From positions 1 through 59,970 of the IMG/VR virus record IMGVR_UViG_3300044953_000493: 59,970 bases of DNA; one strand, given 5' to 3'. Positions within the stretch are counted from its first letter, which is position 1, and every line of letters begins with the position of its first letter. Origin of the DNA: a virus (Duplodnaviria > Caudoviricetes). The notes beneath the pieces are model-generated. The model was given only the letters and a program-made list of their open reading frames with translations, was not told the DNA's origin and made no database searches. The position numbers and the translations under genes were made by a program. Below are positions 56,448-59,970 of the stretch, piece by piece.

Positions 56448-56939
56448 TTAAATTGTCAAGGCCTCATCAGAAATCAGTCTGTCACCAAGCACTTTAATCA
56501 TCAAATTCAATGAAATCTGTTGAGGCCTTTGTTTCCATCCATACCAGCGACTTTTCTTTCCTTGAGAATGTGGTGGTATCTTACCCACAGAATAATATTG
56601 CCCTTCTGTGATATCATAAATCCTTTCACCATTCTGTAACCACCAGTGCTTTTCTTGACGATAATCATTTGCACTCATTGGTTGTAACAAATCTGTATTC
56701 ATCAAATAATAAAGTGCTTGTGAGGCATGATAACAATGTCCATACATTGAATTTGTCTTAATATCTTTTGAATATAATAACTTCTTATGACTTAATAAAT
56801 CTGATGTCAGATTTCTTTCAATCAACCCAATTACCAAACAAATATTTCTTTCATTATAATCATAAGGTTCAAAGATTAACTTACGAGTCTGATAGATTTC
56901 TTTGTTTTTGTATCGGTGTCTTAAAAGTATTTTAGCCAT
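56448..56939 (-). CDS. hypothetical protein with a possible Cys-His-Asp (transglutaminase/papain-like) triad
   Basis: GHCYHASQAL...HWWL...IYDIT. Confidence 0.55.
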   Translation of the reverse strand: MAKILLRHRYKNKEIYQTRKLIFEPYDYNERNICLVIGLIERNLTSDLLSHKKLLYSKDIKTNSMYGHCYHASQALYYLMNTDLLQPMSANDYRQEKHWWLQNGERIYDITEGQYYSVGKIPPHSQGKKSRWYGWKQRPQQISLNLMIKVLGDRLISDEALTI

Positions 56940-57121
56940 TTCTTATCAACCCCCATAAGGATCATTATAAAGAATTATGAAATACTCGTCAACTTTTCAC
57001 TATCACATGATGATTCAGGAGTGTCAAGTTGACAAAAAGTATAACATTAAGTAGGACAACTCTGTCAGGGTTAAAGATAAATTAAATTTAATAGTATCTA
57101 AAACAACTTAGATTTTTCTTT

Positions 57122-57505
57122 TTATAATTTTTGACTTTGTATGATTTTATCAATAATTTGTAATGGACATTCAGTAATATCGTCCATGTGTCCAACCAAT
57201 TTGTAATCGTAAAATTCATTTCGATATAAATGTGATATGTCTTTTTTTGATTTAAATTTATTATTGAATTTATTTAATCCAATAACTAACATATGTTTAT
57301 CAATTAATTTAATCATTCTAATACTCCCATTTATTTTTAAATCATTTGGTTTTTTAAAATACAAATGCATTCTATATTCCGAATTATTGTTTATTCTTTT
57401 AAACTTACATCTTTGAATAATATCAGGAACTAATTGAATTAATTCATTATGTTCGTAAATTGTGTCTATATCTAAAACCAGTAAATCACTATCAGTGATT
57501 ATTAA
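57122..57505 (-). pseudogene. N-terminally truncated primase-polymerase (AEP)-like fragment
   Basis: Frame is open upstream of the track ATG: IITDSDLLVLDIDT...RMHLYFKKP; no start codon before the DxD motif. Confidence 0.4.
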
Positions 57506-58062
57506 TCAAAATATTGAACTTTGTGATAGAACAAAGTTCTATCGGAAGGTGCCCCATAAGCAGTATTCCAAGTAATTGATGTATATCCATAATTCTCATC
57601 ATTTACCGCTGAATCTGTTATTGCAGAGTCAAACCTCATAGAAGATGATCCAAAATTAAATGTAACATTTCCAATATATAACCCAACTGGGTAATCTTCA
57701 TTACTTCTCCAGGTAGTATTTAATGTGCCATCTTGATAATAGTACAAGTGGTTGCCATGATATCCTTCCCAATTATTAACATCATAACTGAGAATTATAT
57801 TAAAGGTTTTAGGACTATAAAAAGAACCTGGAGTGATAGTATTTCCATACAAAAAATCGTAGTTCGATGTATAATATCCTTCCCCAAAAATATAAGAGGT
57901 AAACTGAAAAGCACTGCTTCCATGAAAATCACCAATAGAAATTGTTCCATATGAAGGAACATCCCCAGCACCATAATATTCATTAATACCAATTGGAGCA
58001 GATCCTCCAAATTCATTTTGAATGTCTAAAAGACTAATTGGACCACTACTTTGAAGTGCCAT
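57502..58062 (-). CDS. tail fibre tip adhesin-like protein
   Basis: MALQSSGPISLLDIQNEFGG...INEYY...GTISIGDFHG N-terminal module; aromatic-rich C-terminus; downstream of the fibre gene. Confidence 0.65.
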   Translation of the reverse strand: MALQSSGPISLLDIQNEFGGSAPIGINEYYGAGDVPSYGTISIGDFHGSSAFQFTSYIFGEGYYTSNYDFLYGNTITPGSFYSPKTFNIILSYDVNNWEGYHGNHLYYYQDGTLNTTWRSNEDYPVGLYIGNVTFNFGSSSMRFDSAITDSAVNDENYGYTSITWNTAYGAPSDRTLFYHKVQYFD

Positions 58063-58074
58063 TTTAAATATACG

Positions 58075-58398
58075 TTAATTCCAAGGAAAATTTGGAGCAT
58101 GTACTAAATTTTTATTATATTCAATTTGTTTCATAAGGTTTTCATTAAGTTTTTCATAATTAACATTTTCTTTTATCCAATTTGTAACTTGAGATTCTGT
58201 TAATTGTTCAAAAGGAATAAATCCTTCAGAATTGACTGGTATTTCTAAACTAATACTAGATGAAATTGAAGTTGGCACGTTTCTGGTTAAATCAAGTGCA
58301 GTATAAGTCCAAGAAATACTGTAAATTACATCTTCTAAATTATCTGTATTTTTTTTGAGAAGATTTTCAATTTTCCATGAGTATTTAATATTATTCAT
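58075..58398 (-). CDS. tail fibre accessory protein
   Basis: YSWKI...FIPFEQLTESQVTNWI...PW; paralogue of 58400..58786. Confidence 0.65.
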   Translation of the reverse strand: MNNIKYSWKIENLLKKNTDNLEDVIYSISWTYTALDLTRNVPTSISSSISLEIPVNSEGFIPFEQLTESQVTNWIKENVNYEKLNENLMKQIEYNKNLVHAPNFPWN

Positions 58399-58399
58399 T

Positions 58400-58786
58400 T
58401 TAATTATTCTCCATTGTAGGGATTGGTGGATTTGAAGTTAATTCTTCTTCGGGTTGCCAAGGAAATCCAGAAGTAACTTCAACTCCAGGATTTCTTTTTT
58501 CTTCTATTTGTTTTTCAATTTGTTGATTGACATGTTCATCATAAGATCTAATCACAACTTCTTGAATCCAACTAAGAATTATTTCTTCGGTCAAATCTTC
58601 ATAATTGACAAAATTATCAGGATCAACACTTGAAAGTTCAAATGGAGTTGCACCATTAAAAGTTCCAGTATTTCCATCCTCATCAGTTCCGATTTTTTTC
58701 CAATGAGTTTGAACTATAATATTTTTAAGTTTAATGTCTGAAGAATCTTTTTTCTTTAAACTTGTGAGTTGCCAGGTGTAAATCAT
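58400..58786 (-). CDS. tail fibre accessory protein
   Basis: YTWQL...GATPF...FVNYEDLTEEIILSWI...FPW. Confidence 0.7.
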   Translation of the reverse strand: MIYTWQLTSLKKKDSSDIKLKNIIVQTHWKKIGTDEDGNTGTFNGATPFELSSVDPDNFVNYEDLTEEIILSWIQEVVIRSYDEHVNQQIEKQIEEKRNPGVEVTSGFPWQPEEELTSNPPIPTMENN

Positions 58787-58986
58787 TTTTCTACTCCTTT
58801 AGGAAGTTCTACTTGTTCGTTTGCTTCTGCTTTAATACCATTTGCAGAAAGATATTCTACAATTCCCTGCAATTTTAAAAATTGTTCTTTTTTAATTGTA
58901 AGAACATTTGAAAGTTCTTGAATCTCATTTGAAAGATTTTTTTGACTTTCAAGAAATTGCTTAAGATGTGTTTCGTGATCAATCAT
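58783..58986 (-). CDS. coiled-coil hypothetical protein
   Basis: Late promoter TATAAATA at 59020-59027. Confidence 0.7.
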   Translation of the reverse strand: MIDHETHLKQFLESQKNLSNEIQELSNVLTIKKEQFLKLQGIVEYLSANGIKAEANEQVELPKGVEK

Positions 58987-59035
58987 AATTTTTCAATTGA
59001 TTAATTTGTTGCTTGAGATTATTTATATCTCTTTG

Positions 59036-59968
59036 TCACTTAAGATTATTTATAATGAGTTTTAATTCTGCGATTTCGGAAGTTTGTGATTCGATCATTG
59101 CTTGTTGCTCTTTCACAGCTTCAACTAAGACTGAAACCATTTTCGAATAATCAATTGATTTGACAGTTTCATGCTCATCAATTTCAGCAGTTCCGCGTTC
59201 AGTTTCCATAACCAATTCTGGAATAACTAATTCAACTTCTTGAGCAATCAAACCATAAGAATGTTTTCCTGACTCAATCCAATCAAATGTTACGCCTCTA
59301 AGATTTTTGACAAGTTCAACAGCATTAGTGATAGTTTCAACATTCTTTTTAAGTTTTGCATCTGAATATGCGGTGACGTTGCCGCTAAAGGTCGCATTGC
59401 CACTGTAGTCAATATATGCTCGCTCTTCTCCATCACCTCTTCGGAATATAGCAAGATATCCGCCACCTGTGTTTTGAAAGTATAAGTTTCCTGAGTGCCA
59501 TTGAATCTTGTTATATTCGCCTGTCCAGCCGCCACCATGAGCTGAGTAAAGCATGTATCCTGCATTAATATAGATATTATTACTGTTAATAGTGTTTACC
59601 CTACTAGTGCCATTCGGATCTAAATAATACCCAGAGTCATTGGCGTCGTAGATGAACGGCGTAGACAAGTAGGAACTAAGGCTAATAATACGAGCAGTAA
59701 AATCACCATTCTCATCTCTTGCAACAATAGCTGATGCAGTATTTGCTGAAGTAGCATTAGAGGTAACAGTAAATGTAGCACCACTATTTCCATTATAAGT
59801 TGTAGAACCGGAAATACCATTTCCAGATGTATTCAAAGTTAATGTACCTAAGTTAGATCCTAATGAAACACCAGAAATCGTTGAATTATTTAATGCACTA
59901 TTTGGAATTGAACTTAGAGATGCTCCAGAACCACTATGAGCACCACTAAAAGTAGTAGCAGTAATAAC
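59036..59968 (-). CDS. tail fibre C-terminus with an S74 intramolecular chaperone (5' part outside window)
   Basis: TAYSDAKLKKNV...LRGVTFDW...GLIAQEVE...LVEAVKE; frame is open to the window end. Confidence 0.9.
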   Translation of the reverse strand, partial: VITATTFSGAHSGSGASLSSIPNSALNNSTISGVSLGSNLGTLTLNTSGNGISGSTTYNGNSGATFTVTSNATSANTASAIVARDENGDFTARIISLSSYLSTPFIYDANDSGYYLDPNGTSRVNTINSNNIYINAGYMLYSAHGGGWTGEYNKIQWHSGNLYFQNTGGGYLAIFRRGDGEERAYIDYSGNATFSGNVTAYSDAKLKKNVETITNAVELVKNLRGVTFDWIESGKHSYGLIAQEVELVIPELVMETERGTAEIDEHETVKSIDYSKMVSVLVEAVKEQQAMIESQTSEIAELKLIINNLK

Positions 59969-59970
59969 GC

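Noticed and set aside
37400-57500. Stop-codon reassignment as the cause of many short ORFs
   Set aside because: Long structural genes translate normally with the standard code, and the short ORFs have their own starts and overlaps.
691-57954. Plus-strand ORFs and alternate-frame minus ORFs in the track
   Set aside because: They are antisense or out-of-frame shadows of well-supported minus-strand genes, with no recognisable motifs.

Overview
AT-rich fragment of a T4-like myovirus genome, most similar in gene content and order to T4-like cyanophages (Kyanoviridae-like). Essentially all genes are on the minus strand. Bases 1-37.8 kb hold a late structural block: gp16, gp15, gp14, gp13, a VrlC-like protein, gp8, accessory fibre-like proteins, a cupredoxin-domain protein, an S8 protease, gp7, gp6 and gp25, with T4-type (T)ATAAATA late promoters. 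Bases 37.8-57 kb are an early/accessory region of small ORFs punctuated by ten copies of a fixed-length 26-bp element (minus-strand consensus TGGGCCCCTGAAAGTGTYCYTATAGT) and four copies of a second promoter architecture. This region also carries an SF2 helicase and an overlapping putative nuclease/DNA methyltransferase pair. Bases 57.5-60 kb are the end of a tail fibre gene with an S74 chaperone and its accessory genes. The most unusual locus is an ORF-free island at about 39.2-40.5 kb. It contains a ~410-nt segment whose ends base-pair and which lies behind a late promoter (candidate large structured ncRNA), a 78-nt tRNA-like RNA with acceptor stem, T-arm and CCA but no anticodon loop, and a lone plus-strand sigma70-type promoter firing into repeats (candidate origin). 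All calls were made by eye from motifs and synteny; no database searches or folding programs were run.
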